DNA of 64,000 nt from Penicillus capitatus. Taxonomy: Eukaryota; Plantae; Chlorophyta. A model generated the notes under the pieces. It worked only from the letters and a program-made list of their open reading frames with translations. It searched no databases and was not told the origin of the DNA. The translations under genes and the position numbers were made by a program. The DNA lies in the NCBI GenBank assembly GCA_965649825.1, contig OZ287694.1, positions 247,197 to 311,196 of the forward strand, written 5' to 3'. Shown here piece after piece: positions 1-10,938 of the stretch (positions are counted from its first letter, which is position 1; the number at the start of each line of letters is the position of its first letter).

Positions 1-1735
1 GGTGGATTTCAGTCACTATATTCTGTTGGTTCGCCCGTCGTGGCGACTGCTGAGACGGCGGAGGCGGCGGCGACTGCTGAGACGGCGGAGGCGGCGGCGA
101 CTGCTGAGACGGCGGAGGCGGCGGCGACTGCTGAGACGGCGGAGGCGGCGGCGACTGCTGAGACGGCGGAGGCGGCGGCGACTGCTGAGACGGCGGAGGC
201 GGCGGCGACTGCTGAGACGGCTGAGGCGGCGGCGACTGCTGAGACGGCTGAGGCGGCGGAGGCGGCGGCGACTGCTGAGCCGACTCTTGGGTGGTCAGTT
301 CTTGAGTCAGTTGTTGCGCCTGAGCCCTTTGTCCCCGCATCAGATTCCACACGATTCTAAGTAGCCAGCAAATCCCCTGGGTTATGGCTACGATTCGCAT
401 CACAACCTTGCGGATGTTCCTGAATACATTCAAAATCCACGCGGCGACTTTGTATAAAAGCATAGCAGCGCCTAGCAACTGCCAGCCGTTTCCTGTAGCC
501 AGGGCGCTACGAATTGCTTTGATTCCAAATTTATCCCATAGTGTGCCTAACACCCATGTAATTGCGTTATCACGGGTACCGGTTAGCCATTTTATAGAGC
601 GGTCGAGGAATGTATCATTCCCGCGACTGCTCTCCCAACCGTTAGCCTGGCTTTCGCAGATGCAGTCGTCTAGAGCCGTCTTCATGTTGCATGTATGTTC
701 GTTGATCTTGTTTATTGTCTCGCGGATATTACTGAGAGTATCATTGAGGTGCTGCCAATCGACGTTAGAACTCTTAGCGTGTGACTCTTGCGACGTTTCA
801 GGTCCTTGGCTGTCTGTCGACGAACCATTTACCGTGATGTTCAGGAACTGGGTGATGCCGTCCAAGGTCTCTGCGACGTGTCGCACTTCTCCTACGAGAG
901 AGGACTTCCTAGATGGGAAGTTGTTGATGATCGAGACTGTCGCAGTCGTCAACAAACTCGCTGGGGAGAATACGGACAACACACCTCTGTTTGTCGCCCA
1001 GTTGACGATCCCATGAGCAGTAAGACCTACGACAGCACTAGTGATCATTGCGTCAATATAGTCTGGCCAAGTGATGTCGATTCCCATTCTGAAGTCGGGG
1101 ATCATGGACCAAGATTGCCCATCTTCGACAGGTAGAGCATCTCCCATCTCGTGCAAATTGAAGACATTTTCTGGAGGGAGTTCTTGTTCTGTCCATTGGT
1201 CTTCGGACTCTTCGGACTCTTCGGACTCTTCGGGATCGGATCGCGGAGCCTCCTCGTCGAATAGATCTTCCGCCAATTCTACCGGAATCTCGTATTCGTC
1301 ATACTCGAGTTCGTATGCTTCCGCGCTGGGTTCCGTGTCCAGCGGTAAGTCCGTATTATTCTGCACGTCTTCATGTTCTGCGACGGGGATAGCGAACTCA
1401 AAACGCCTGCGGAGGGCTCTCGCCGATCCTGCTATGGTACGTCTGTCTTCTTCGGCATGTGTGTCTTCGCACACGAGGTCGTGTACCTTCTGTCTAGACG
1501 CGTCCAGCAGTGTCTTTTGTTCCCACGTCTGTGAATGAGTGCCAGGGATCAGTAGAAAGAAGGACATTCCTGTAGCTAGCAACGGTTTTCCTCCCCAATA
1601 GACCAGGGAACCTTCGCCGAGAAGCATGATCAGCATATTGGCTTCCTCGTACGTAATGCCTTCGCTTGCGTCATAGAAGATGATGCCGTTAGGGCATTCA
1701 GACCGCGATCTCCCTTTGAATGATTCTAGCCTCAT
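1..1735 (-). CDS. ORF2 of left LTR element: >578-aa membrane glycoprotein-like (env-like) protein, open at window edge
   Basis: Hand translation gives a stop-free frame from ~1881 to base 2 (first ATG 1735): MRLESFKGRSRSECPNG..ALRRRF..acidic EESEESEESE..hydrophobic DYIDAMITSAVVGLTAHGIV..NIT/NGS/NDT/NDT..Trp-rich IKWLTG..WDKF..LLGAAMLLYKVAAWILNVF..(QQSPPPPPS)n. It is absent from the ORF track because it has no stop in the window. Confidence 0.7.
   Translation of the reverse strand, partial: MRLESFKGRSRSECPNGIIFYDASEGITYEEANMLIMLLGEGSLVYWGGKPLLATGMSFFLLIPGTHSQTWEQKTLLDASRQKVHDLVCEDTHAEEDRRTIAGSARALRRRFEFAIPVAEHEDVQNNTDLPLDTEPSAEAYELEYDEYEIPVELAEDLFDEEAPRSDPEESEESEESEDQWTEQELPPENVFNLHEMGDALPVEDGQSWSMIPDFRMGIDITWPDYIDAMITSAVVGLTAHGIVNWATNRGVLSVFSPASLLTTATVSIINNFPSRKSSLVGEVRHVAETLDGITQFLNITVNGSSTDSQGPETSQESHAKSSNVDWQHLNDTLSNIRETINKINEHTCNMKTALDDCICESQANGWESSRGNDTFLDRSIKWLTGTRDNAITWVLGTLWDKFGIKAIRSALATGNGWQLLGAAMLLYKVAAWILNVFRNIRKVVMRIVAITQGICWLLRIVWNLMRGQRAQAQQLTQELTTQESAQQSPPPPPPQPSQQSPPPQPSQQSPPPPPSQQSPPPPPSQQSPPPPPSQQSPPPPPSQQSPPPPPSQQSPPPPPSQQSPRRANQQNIVTEIH
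43..279. repeat. 27-bp tandem repeat (~8.5 copies) encoding QQSPPP(P/Q)PS in ORF2
   Basis: Unit gcgactgctgagacggc(g/t)gaggcggcg. Confidence 0.95.
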
Positions 1736-2066
1736 CCACAGATTTGGATTGCGGTTTAATATACTTGAAACAACTACTCTTTTGCAGACTAGGCTCAGTC
1801 TTGATTCCGTTAACCAGCGAGTCGCATGTACTTGTCGTACAGTAGAGAATTGTAGACGTCGCTTTATCGTAAAAATTGTTGCCTACCTTGTCGTTTATAC
1901 TACGGGCAAGGTTATCGACATACTGATCTATCCAGTCTCCGCCACCGCGGACGTTTTCCTGGATGCTTGTTAGGGTTTTATTCCGTAACCCTATTATTCC
2001 ATCCTTCCAGCCAAACCATGAGCCGTGCGTGACGGCGGCAAAGTGTAGAAGAACCCACAACAGCAT
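1698..2066 (-). CDS. ORF1 of left LTR element: 122-aa signal-peptide protein (possibly N-terminus of a fusion with ORF2)
   Basis: MLLWVLLHFAAVTHG|SWFGWK signal-peptide-like start, three Cys, NKT sequon. The ORF track starts it upstream (2135), inside the LTR. Confidence 0.6.
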   Translation of the reverse strand: MLLWVLLHFAAVTHGSWFGWKDGIIGLRNKTLTSIQENVRGGGDWIDQYVDNLARSINDKVGNNFYDKATSTILYCTTSTCDSLVNGIKTEPSLQKSSCFKYIKPQSKSVDEARIIQREIAV

Positions 2067-2077
2067 TGGGAGTACTC

Positions 2078-2089
2078 GCTCCGAAACCA
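2078..2089 (-). promoter_or_regulatory. tRNA primer-binding site TGGTTTCGGAGC (iMet-like, cf. plant TGGTATCAGAGC)
   Basis: Directly abuts the LTR-terminal CA; identical to 11036-11047. Confidence 0.75.
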
Positions 2090-2393
2090 TGTCGCGTAGG
2101 GTTTTAGATGGAAACAATTTAAACGGTGGGCGCACGTAAACCTTTGAAACGTAAAGTCTTACAAACGAAAGACAAGTTCTGTACGTCTACAACGCTTTTA
2201 TAGGGTACTTTATTTTAAGTAACAAAAAGGAATATTCTGCAAAGATCCGGAATCTACTTGGAATCTGTGACGTAGAGCCGCGGGTCTATTTGTGGATGGG
2301 AAGGTATAGAGAACCTACGACCTGTCACCTGGAGATCGACACAAGTGTAGGTAGATGAGCGCATTATCGCGAGCGCTACGCCTTAACACGACA
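2090..2393 (-). repeat. 5' LTR (~304 bp; alternative outer end at 2341)
   Basis: TG...CA ends with imperfect inverted termini (tgtcgtg / cgcgaca). TATA box at ~2197-2203 and TGTAA at ~2159-2163 on the minus strand. Flank homology to 40580-40690 begins just outside it. Confidence 0.7.
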
Positions 2394-2399
2394 ACGCAC

Positions 2400-2510
2400 A
2401 CGCACAATGAATAAAATGACGTGACCTCATTCATAAACGAACAAACTCTGTGAAACGTCGAGCAAACAATTCAATTTATGCACTCACGGAGAGCTTCCGG
2501 ATGTGCTGTC
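2400..2510. repeat. Short dispersed repeat (direct copy at ~40580-40690)
   Basis: aaatgacgtg..ttcataaacg.acaaactctgt.aaa.gtcgagc..ac...tcaatt.atg.actc..gagagct.cc.gatgtgc shared. Confidence 0.75.
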
Positions 2511-3364
2511 AGACCGAAGACACTCGACTCGTCTCATAACTGCGGCACCAAGGTTCTGCATATCGGTATCCTGGACTTTATTTGCCGCAACAACACCGTG
2601 AATTGATTGTACATGAATGTGAGCCACAATGCGCTGGCGATCTGCACTTCTGGAGTCGGCCGCTGTGATTCTATCAGAGAACTGTTGGTGTGGGCAGCTT
2701 GAAGGACGCCGCCAGATGTGTGCAGACAGACATCCTTCACAGAACCAGTCGTCGCCATATCAGGGCCTGGGCCACACTGTTTCGAATGGCCCGACTGGAA
2801 CGTTCTCCGTAGGATGGCGTGTGCCGATTCTAACGGCACTCAACTCCGTGTTTCCTCTATTGCTGCGTCGCAGAGGAGACTCGGCACGTCCTCCTTGGAA
2901 CGCAGCAATAGAGGACACACGGACAGTGGGTGATCTGACGAAGGCAGGCTCGTTTTGTCACATCGCGCCTTTGAAGCATGCATCGTAGCTGATCGTCGCG
3001 CAGTGCCCGTCAAACTGCCGGAGGCGTGAAGCTGTCGGGATTCTGCACCACGGACGACTCAAGTCCGTCGTCTCTCGTGCAGGCTGCCGTGGTGTGCTCG
3101 ATGGTGGCCACGGAACCTACAGGACTGCGTGCTTGCACTCAAGAGTACAGTCGGAGAGCGATCTTCTTGGCTGTCGAAGCTCTCGGGACGCCGCAGTGCT
3201 GAAACGCGTCCTACAGGTGTGAAGATCGCATGGCTGACGCGCTATGTCTTCATCCTCCTTCTGCAGTGCGACTGTCAATTCAAAGGCGACGATCATTCGA
3301 TGATGATTCTCGCAGAACGCGACTGACTCATCCCGCTGCGTTTGTTCGGCGTACCATCCGCGAA

Positions 3365-6300
3365 ATGCGAAGCTTTGTTTGTCTCCTCAGTCTCTGTCTC
3401 TTGTGCGGCGCGTATGCGTCTGCCGTCGGCGCTCTAAGACCGGCTAAAGGCGGACTTCTGCGACCGCCAGATGCAGCGTCTGCCGACGACGGTATCAGAA
3501 ACCCTGGCTTCGTTGCAGCTTTCGACAGCGCTGTCTGCTGTTCTAGGCCACGCTCACGCAATGCTCTTACCCGCGTCGTCTGAAGCGCCACCGGGCCCTT
3601 TCACGGAACGCGTTCAAACCGTAATGCTTGTAACGCAGCTGCCGCCTTCGGGCATTAACCATGCAGCGTTTCGCCTGCAGACGACGAACGTGGGACGCAC
3701 TCGGTGGACGTCTGACGCGCCAGACGAAGAACGCTTCAACGGTCCGGCCTTAGCTCTCCCTTGCGTCGAACGTAAACGTCGAACGGTCTCCGCTGTGGTG
3801 CAGGTTTCGAATGCAGCTTGACAAAAGAGGCCAAAGAACGGTATACCTCCACAGACGACAAGACATGGCTCGTCGACGACGCCGTCCTTGAAGAGATCGA
3901 CAACGACTTGCAGGCAATTGTCAACTGCACCAAGCAAGGCGACGTTATTTCTTTCAACGTGACTGTTGTCGTACAACCATCGTCGCTCGTCATTATTCCG
4001 TGGCAACTGACCCTCTCTGCGCACGCTGATGGAAGTGACTCTAACAACAGACCCCTGACGCGCCAAGTGACGAGAACACGACTCACTTGTCCTCAGAGAA
4101 ACTCCGGCATCTTCCTCGTGAAGTGAGATCTCCTGTTTCGCAGTGGCGCATTCTGACTGTCTTGTTGCAGGGCCAGTGACGTCGCCTTTGTCAACCTTGT
4201 CATCGCGAGGTGCACATTTGACGGCACAAAGAAAGCCCAGTCTATTATCGAAGTTTCAGGACGCCGTGGCCGAGACCCTACCGGGCTCATAATTCTGCGC
4301 GATGTTGCTTTTCGAAAGAACGGACTCATTGCGGCGTCGGGACTTCGTATGTCCGCGTCGGCATGTTCCAACTTGGAGCTGGTTGACGTCGAGATCGCGG
4401 ACAACGTCTGCTCAAGCGACGGGTGTGGAGTGCTCCTTGGGAGAGAGAGCAATCTGGAGAACTGCACCGCGTCCGGCAACAGAGTGGTCAAATCCAACGA
4501 GCAGATGTCGTCCTTGCTGTACGCTCCTGCGTCATCTGCTATCACGATCCAAGGATTCTCGGCATCCAGAAACGACCTCGCCGTCGTTCGAGTTCAAGAT
4601 GGCGTTCTTTCTCTCTCGAGCGCGTCTTTCGATCGGAATTCTCTCAGAAAAAAGCATGCCTGGAAGACGAAGACATCCTGTATTCACTTGGTCAGGTCGT
4701 CTGCCGCAATCAGCAATTGCAATTTCACTGCGAACGACGGATATAGAGGGTCGGTCATCCTCACTACAAAGTCGCATGTTTCTGTGTCTGGTTCGACATT
4801 TCGGAACAACGTCGGCTCTTCGAAAGGTGGTTGCATCCACACGGAAAACTCGAACGTGACGCTGGAGAACATTTCTGTGACAAACACCTCCTCGTCATAT
4901 GGCGGATTCATGTACGCAGAAGACTCGAACGTGACGCTGGAGAACACCTCTGCGACCAACAGCCGCGCATGGCACGATGGCGGATTCATGTACGCAGAAG
5001 ACTCGAACGTGACGCTGGAGAACACCTCTGCGACCAACAGCTCCTCGTCATATGGCGGATTCATGTTCGCGAGGTACTCGGACGTGACGTTGGCGAACAC
5101 CTCTGTGACAAACAGCCACGCAGGGTCTGATGGCGGATTCATGTACGCAAAAGACTCGAAAGTGACGCTGGAGAACACCTCTGCGACCAACAGCTCCTCG
5201 TCATATGGCGGATTCATGTACGCGAGGTACTCGCACGTGACGCTGGAGAACACCTCTGCGACAAACAGCCAAGTAGTGCACGATGGCGGATTCATGTACG
5301 CGACGGACTCGAACGTGACGCTGGAGAACACCTCTGCGACCAACAGCAAAGCAGTGCACGATGGCGGATTCATGTACGCGGAAGACTCGAAAGTGACGCT
5401 GGAGAACACCTCTGCGACAAACAGCCGCGCATGGCACGATGGCGGGTTCATGAACGCATGGTACTCGAACGTGACACTGGAGAAGATTTCTGTGACAAAC
5501 AGCCACGCAGGGTCTGATGGCGGATTCATGTCCGCATGGAAGTCGAACGTGACGCTGGAGAACACCTCTGCGACAAACACCTCCTCGTCATATGGCGGAT
5601 TCATGCACGCAGAAGACTCGAACGTGACGCTGGAAAACACCTCTGCGACCAACAGCCGCGCATGGCACGATGGCGGATTCATGTACGCAGAAGACTCGAA
5701 CGTGAATCTGCAGCACGGAACCGCAGCAAATAATAACGCAAGAAATCTTGGCGGATTCATCTGCTCGTCGAGATCGACGGTAACCTTGGAAGACGTCAAT
5801 GTGACGAACAGCAGTTCCGAACGTGGAGGATCGATCTACGCTGAGAACTCCATCCAGAGAATCTCACAGTCGCACTGGTCTTCGAGCACGTCGTTGGAGG
5901 CTGGTGGCTTTGTTTTCGCAGTGGATCGCAGCTCGATCTTCATCAACGACACCACTTTTGTTCAAGGGAAGTCCAGAGACGGTGGAGCGATTTGGTTGAA
6001 CAAATCTCGCGTGACAGCTCACAAACTATGGGTAACTAACTGTGAAGCTCAAGACGACGGCGGTGGTGTGAAGGGCACCGACTCGTCAACTTTCCTTTGC
6101 ACCGACTGCGTGTTTCGCGGCAACACGGCGAAAGAAGGAGACGGCGGTGGTGTTTTCTTCGACGCCGACCGCGAGCAGTCTCTTGCTTTGCAATTGATTC
6201 GGAGCAGCTTCGCAAACAACGTAGCCAAACTGGGAGGTAAGCACTTTCGCGGAGGTATGAAACCGTTGCCAATCTTCACTTCCAGGAGGACTCGGCTTCC

Positions 6301-8956
6301 GATGCAAAGAGAGTAATGAAGAATGTCTGACAAACGGCACCGACTGCCCCTTCATGGTTCTGGCAGACACGGAGTTCTCGGACAACGAAGCCGAGGTTGC
6401 GGGAGGAGGCGTTTTCGCTGCCTACTCAGAAGCCATTCGCTTTCGTTGCTCCGACTTATCGTCAGACGAAGGTTCGATGTTTTACACAGAGACGCAGTGG
6501 AAAGCCTTGAGTCTGCTCAAATCTGCCGACGACATCTGCCCGTCGTGGAAGCACAACCGCGGGAAAATCTACGGACCCGATGTCGGGACGTACGCCGCAG
6601 CTGCGCGAATGACCGTGGAAGATTCGGATAGGTCCGTTTACGAGAGTGGAGAGGAGTGGGTGGTCGAAGGATATCGTATTGGAGAAGACCTGCCTGCGAT
6701 GAGAGTGGAGCTGATAGATAGTCTGAGGCAGGGACCGGCAAAATACTACCGCCCAGTCGAAGCCAACATGTCCTCGCCATCTACTCCATTCCTTGTAAGG
6801 CCGGTGGTCATGTCGATCGACCTCGGGAACTGTACTTTTCAATCCATCAGCGGCTTCGTTCCGCCTGGCGAGTACAAGCTAAAGATCGATTTTGGGGAGA
6901 AGGCGATCGAGGGCATCGGGATTACTGTGAAAGTCCCGAACTGCTCCGTCGGCGAGAGCGTGTCAAGTGGAGGGCTTTGCGCCGACTGCAGCAGCACGAC
7001 ATACAACTTCCAGCTCTCAGCCAACTACTGCCAGCCGTGCCCAGAGAATGGCAACTGCACGTCTCGAGTGATCACACCAAAAGACGGCTACTGGCAACAG
7101 ATGCCGTGCTCGGTGCATCTCCACAGATGCCTTCCGACATCCGCCTGCGAGTTCGAAGGCCGGTCAAAGAAGCTAGAAGACTTCGTCAAGAACATCGTCA
7201 GCTGCAACTTCAGCGATACCTGGATAACGGAAAACTATACGAGGGCTCAGTGTGCAAAGGTGGGCAGCATTCCAAGTTTTCTCCGGCTTCTCAAGCTACT
7301 CTCTTTGTTCCAAAAGGGTCACAACGGTTCGCTTTGTGGATCCTGTATGGATGGGTTCGGGTCTGGTCTGTCGTCGAAGTGCAGAGAGTGCAAAAAGGGA
7401 TTCTTCAATGTTGCTTATGTTCTAATGTCGGCCCTCTTTCTCTTGGGACTGACTGCCATCACGATCCGTGGCACACTCAGCGCCCTGCGTGGAGAAACGA
7501 GGCGGATTCCTAGCCACAGCGCATCGTCGTCCTCGTCAGCGGAAGAGAGTGACGCGCCACTCCCGGAGCAAGAGGTAGGCGCAGACGCCGTCGTTGCAGC
7601 ATCACTCGAATCGTGGGCTCCAGGGCCAAGGGGATGGCGGAGTGCCGGCGTCTGAAAAGGTTCTGGCCAAGTGGAAAGCCGTCGAGATGTTCAAGGTCTA
7701 AGCCAAGCTTCTTATCTCTCTCGACGCTCTTTTCTGCAGATCACACTGAGCTACACTCAAGTGACCGTTCTGCTGGTTTCTCTCGACGTGGGTTGGGCGA
7801 TCTCACTGATGTTCATGGGGGAAGCCGCAGGTGCGACCAGAGTCTTGTAACCTTCTGCTTGATGACTGCTGTGGTGCTGGCAGAGTTCCTCAGCGGTCTT
7901 GCGTCCGACGGCATTCGGCGCTCCGTCGTCTGTCTGAGCTCGGACCACCTGTCCTTGCAGCCGACGGCGCTGGCACTCGTTGTCAACACATGCATCGTTC
8001 CGTGCGCCGTGCTCTTCTTCTGGATCGTGTACTGGGCGGTGAAATCGGCGAAGGGCGGAAACGAGAGGGCGGTACGTTACCTGGAGAAGCGATGCATGTT
8101 GTCGCTGATGGTCATCTGGTACATCACTCTGGTGCCAGTACTTAAGACCGCATTGAGCGTGTTCCTCTGCGTCGACGTGCACGACTCGACGAATCTGGAG
8201 GAGATTGAGGCGACGCACAAGTACTGGGCTGTCGACACGGCTCTCAGATGCTACGAAGGGGACCATTCGAAGCTGCTCTATGTCGTGGTCGTCGGCTTCG
8301 TGTGCCCAGTGTACGGCGGACTCCTCCTTCTCTTCATTGCCTTCCTCGGAGTCTCCGCCCCGCACCTTAACTACAAGCACGGCTGGGGATACCAGACGAC
8401 GGGATTCCTCTATCGCTCCTACAGACTGGATCACCGTCGGTACTGGGAGGTCGCCATCGTTGCGAGGAAGGCCGGCATCGCCTTCCTCGTGTTTTGCGCT
8501 CGCCTCTTCGACAGTACATTGCCGATCACGGGCGTCGCGCATTTGATCGCGCTTTCCATCGTGGCGCAGATTATGGTGATGCCCTACCGACAGCGCTTCC
8601 AAGACCTCAATAGATTCGAACTGGCATCCCTGTTCGCTTCTCAAGTGACGACGCTGGCCGCTTCCATGCTCAAAGACAAGAACTACCCAGAAAACTACAC
8701 TCGCGAGTTGCTCACGGTCGCGTGTGTCTTGCTAAATCTCATCACCTTCTCCGTTTTTGTATTTCACCTTCTCAAGTTTGCAGCCGACTACCTGAGACAC
8801 AGATTGCTAGAGCGTGGTGAAGACGCTGCGTTAGATGCTGGAATGTTCAGCGTTCTGTGGCAAACGATCGGCTACGAGATCAAACGTCTGATTAGCAAGC
8901 TGAGGTCAACACCTGAAGATCCCGAGGCCGCCGAGGCATCGGGTCTCGAGGACTGA
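3365..8956 (+). CDS. Receptor-like gene A1: signal peptide + PMP/pectin-lyase-like beta-helix + Cys-rich region + multi-pass TM domain (multi-exon)
   Basis: Signal peptide MRSFVCLLSLCLLCGAYASA. GGxI/FxxN PMP motifs (GGAIWL, FRGNTA, GGGVFF, FANNVA). Cys-rich CQPCPENGNC/CGSC segment. TM block with GFLYRSY..RYWEVAIVARK. Short introns at e.g. 4123-4170, ~6237-6287, ~7260-7316, ~7575-7623 and from 7696 join the track ORFs in frame. Confidence 0.85.
4844..5689 (+). repeat. 11 intragenic tandem units of 75/78 bp (25/26-aa beta-helix rungs)
   Basis: Consensus xxSxVTLENTSATN-loop-GGFMxA; 4x75 + 7x78 = 846 nt. Confidence 0.95.
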
Positions 8957-9499
8957 ATGAATCGACCTCCATTCGCTAGAGTTTTCAAGCTGAGCCTCAA
9001 CAGAGGGCTCATATCACATAAGCTGTGACGTGACTTGTCTTTTTCTTGTCTGCTGAAAAAGATTGACACGCAAGTCTGCATATTATCCAGAGAGTATGTA
9101 TGCTGCTTGTTCTCCGAAACAGTTTTTTAAATTAACGTGACGAAAACGACGCGCCTCTCGTCCCCGTCGCGAACATTGAACATAAGAACTCTTCGAGTTC
9201 GTCGTCTAGACAACACCGCAGGCGGCTTCTTAAGAGCAAGAGTTGCAACTGTCACACGAAAGGAAGCCTCAGCTAACAAGTGAGCAGTCCAGGCCTACAA
9301 CTTCAGCCACACCTCATGTTCGTAACGAACGCTTCCGAGACTTCAAGCCGTCCGTCGCCGGCAATGTTTTAGGAGAGATTCATTCGTTAATCACTCGGTA
9401 GCCGTTTCCGTCGTCATAGTCTATACTAGAATACACACGCACTCGGCTTCTTCGAGTGCTCGACAACGCGAATCCTTGACTCGCAGATGCAGACAGCGC

Positions 9500-9835
9500 A
9501 AACATCGTTTGGCAACAGAGAAGACTTGTGCTGTTTCTTAGACTTCCACTCGTCATACTTCTCCAACGCCGGACCGATGCCGAGGGTGACGTACTCCATC
9601 GTCTGCACCAGCAAGACAAGGGCCTCGGACAGCAGCATCATCATGCCGATCACTCGATCCGTGTCCTTGTCGGTGTCCGGTCCAACGATCGGAAAGATAG
9701 CACAGGTGTAGACAATCAAATCAGCAGTTTCGACATCAGCTGCAGGTGGCATCTGTAGACTTTGCTGGATCCGAGTCGTAGGCAGTTGTTATCAAACTTC
9801 GGGACGGGTACCTTCCACAGAGGACGTTTCTCTTC
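9500..9835 (-). pseudogene. Internally deleted fragment of the Ig-like/multi-TM gene B
   Basis: Aligns by eye to ~44317-44522 joined to ~44700-44810; ~180 bp are missing at a gcagt microhomology. Confidence 0.85.
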
Positions 9836-10497
9836 GGCATGTGACAAGGCGACACTCACGGGATCCATCACGCTGGTAATGAAGGAAAACGCAAGAAGTT
9901 AACGACAGCACGGCGCCGCACCTGACGATGAACGCCCTTAGTACGTCAATGACGCAAGACTGACTGTAGCTAGGCAAGAAAACACTTGAACGGGCTGTCG
10001 AGCATTCAGTTCCGTTGTTGTCGGATAGTTGGGCCATTTGCGGTGTGTTCTTGCTGTCGGTTGCTTCCCGGCCAGACGGAACTGTGGCGACGCACGGGCG
10101 CAAGGCCTCCACAGCTCCATCCTTTTTTCTTTCTTTCTTCCGTCGTCGGCTGACTTTTCTCCTAAGGCGCGCTCCGTCTCTTTCTCTATGGGTTTCGCCT
10201 CTGTTTGTCTTTTCTTCGTTCCCGCCGTTTCGTTGCCATTCACTTCGGACGAGATGCTGATTGCTTCGGTAGGCGGAAGAACTCCTTACCGACGCTGCAA
10301 ACACAACCGGAACGCCACAATGGATGAATGGCTTTGTCATTTTTGGCATAGCTTTTGAAATGGACAGCCGACAACGTGCAAACACGCTGACTCGAATGCA
10401 GGATGCGCTCTTGTCGGAGCAGCGAGATGGATGGTTTTCTTACGTCAAGTATAACCGACGCAGCATCATTCGATATTCCGACCAGCGTCCATAACAT

Positions 10498-10734
10498 TGT
10501 CGCCGGGCGATGGGACTCTGCCTCGTTGTTGAGGGGTTTACAGCTTAGGGGGTGCTGGTTGAGTCATCCGAGGCCCTCTTCTCTGGTTCTGGCGGTGGGA
10601 TGACTCAACTGCCTAGACATGTCGCGTCACCACGCGAGTATATAATGGACAAGCGGGACCTTTCGAGACCTTCTCCGAACACTGTAACAAGTCTTCCGCT
10701 GTGAATCGTTTGGCGCGGCACTTCCGCGGTGACA
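10498..10734 (+). mobile_element. Solo LTR (237 bp) with 5-bp TSD AACAT
   Basis: TGTCGCCG...CGGTGACA ends; aacat at 10493-10497 and 10735-10739; internal TATATAA and TGTAA. The paralogous site near 37870 is empty. Confidence 0.85.
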
Positions 10735-10938
10735 AACATTCGAAGAGATCGGCGTCTTCATCTCTGTCCATGTGACGTTGCGCAGAGTGGGTTCGAGTGA
10801 TTTCAGCTCCTGGAGACATCAGGTGGCGATGTCATTGTTGGATGCATCGATGACATGGTTTTGCTGCTTCGCCTGTTAAAACGACGGCACATACAATGAC
10901 GCATTTGAATGCTCATGGATCGAATGGACTTCTGGCCC

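Larger units (their letters stand above)
1..2393 (-). mobile_element. LTR retroelement (5' part; runs off the left window edge) carrying secreted/membrane-protein ORFs
   Basis: Minus strand reads TGTCGTG...(TATAAAA, then TGTAA)...CGCGACA (2393->2090), immediately followed by TGGTTTCGGAGC (2089->2078). That 12-mer is identical to the PBS of the complete element at 10939-12395. ORFs start directly behind it. The 3' LTR is outside the window. Confidence 0.8.

Noticed and set aside
2-364. Poly-Arg and ATAETAEAA ORFs on the + strand (and the AVSAVAAAS minus ORF)
   Set aside because: They are shadows of the 27-bp repeat; the long, element-oriented minus frame (ORF2) explains the region.
384-1538. 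+ strand ORFs 384-1016, 788-1135 and 1071-1538
   Set aside because: Antisense shadows of ORF2.
4844-5689. CRISPR-like repeat/spacer appearance
   Set aside because: Units are in-frame multiples of 3 inside a spliced eukaryotic CDS, the variable parts recur rather than being unique spacers, and no cas genes are present.
4684-5799. 371-aa minus-strand repeat ORF
   Set aside because: Antisense of the A1 beta-helix repeats.
3365-8956. Bacterial (chlamydial) Pmp autotransporter
   Set aside because: Spliceosomal introns and an alpha-helical multi-TM C-terminus instead of a beta-barrel.
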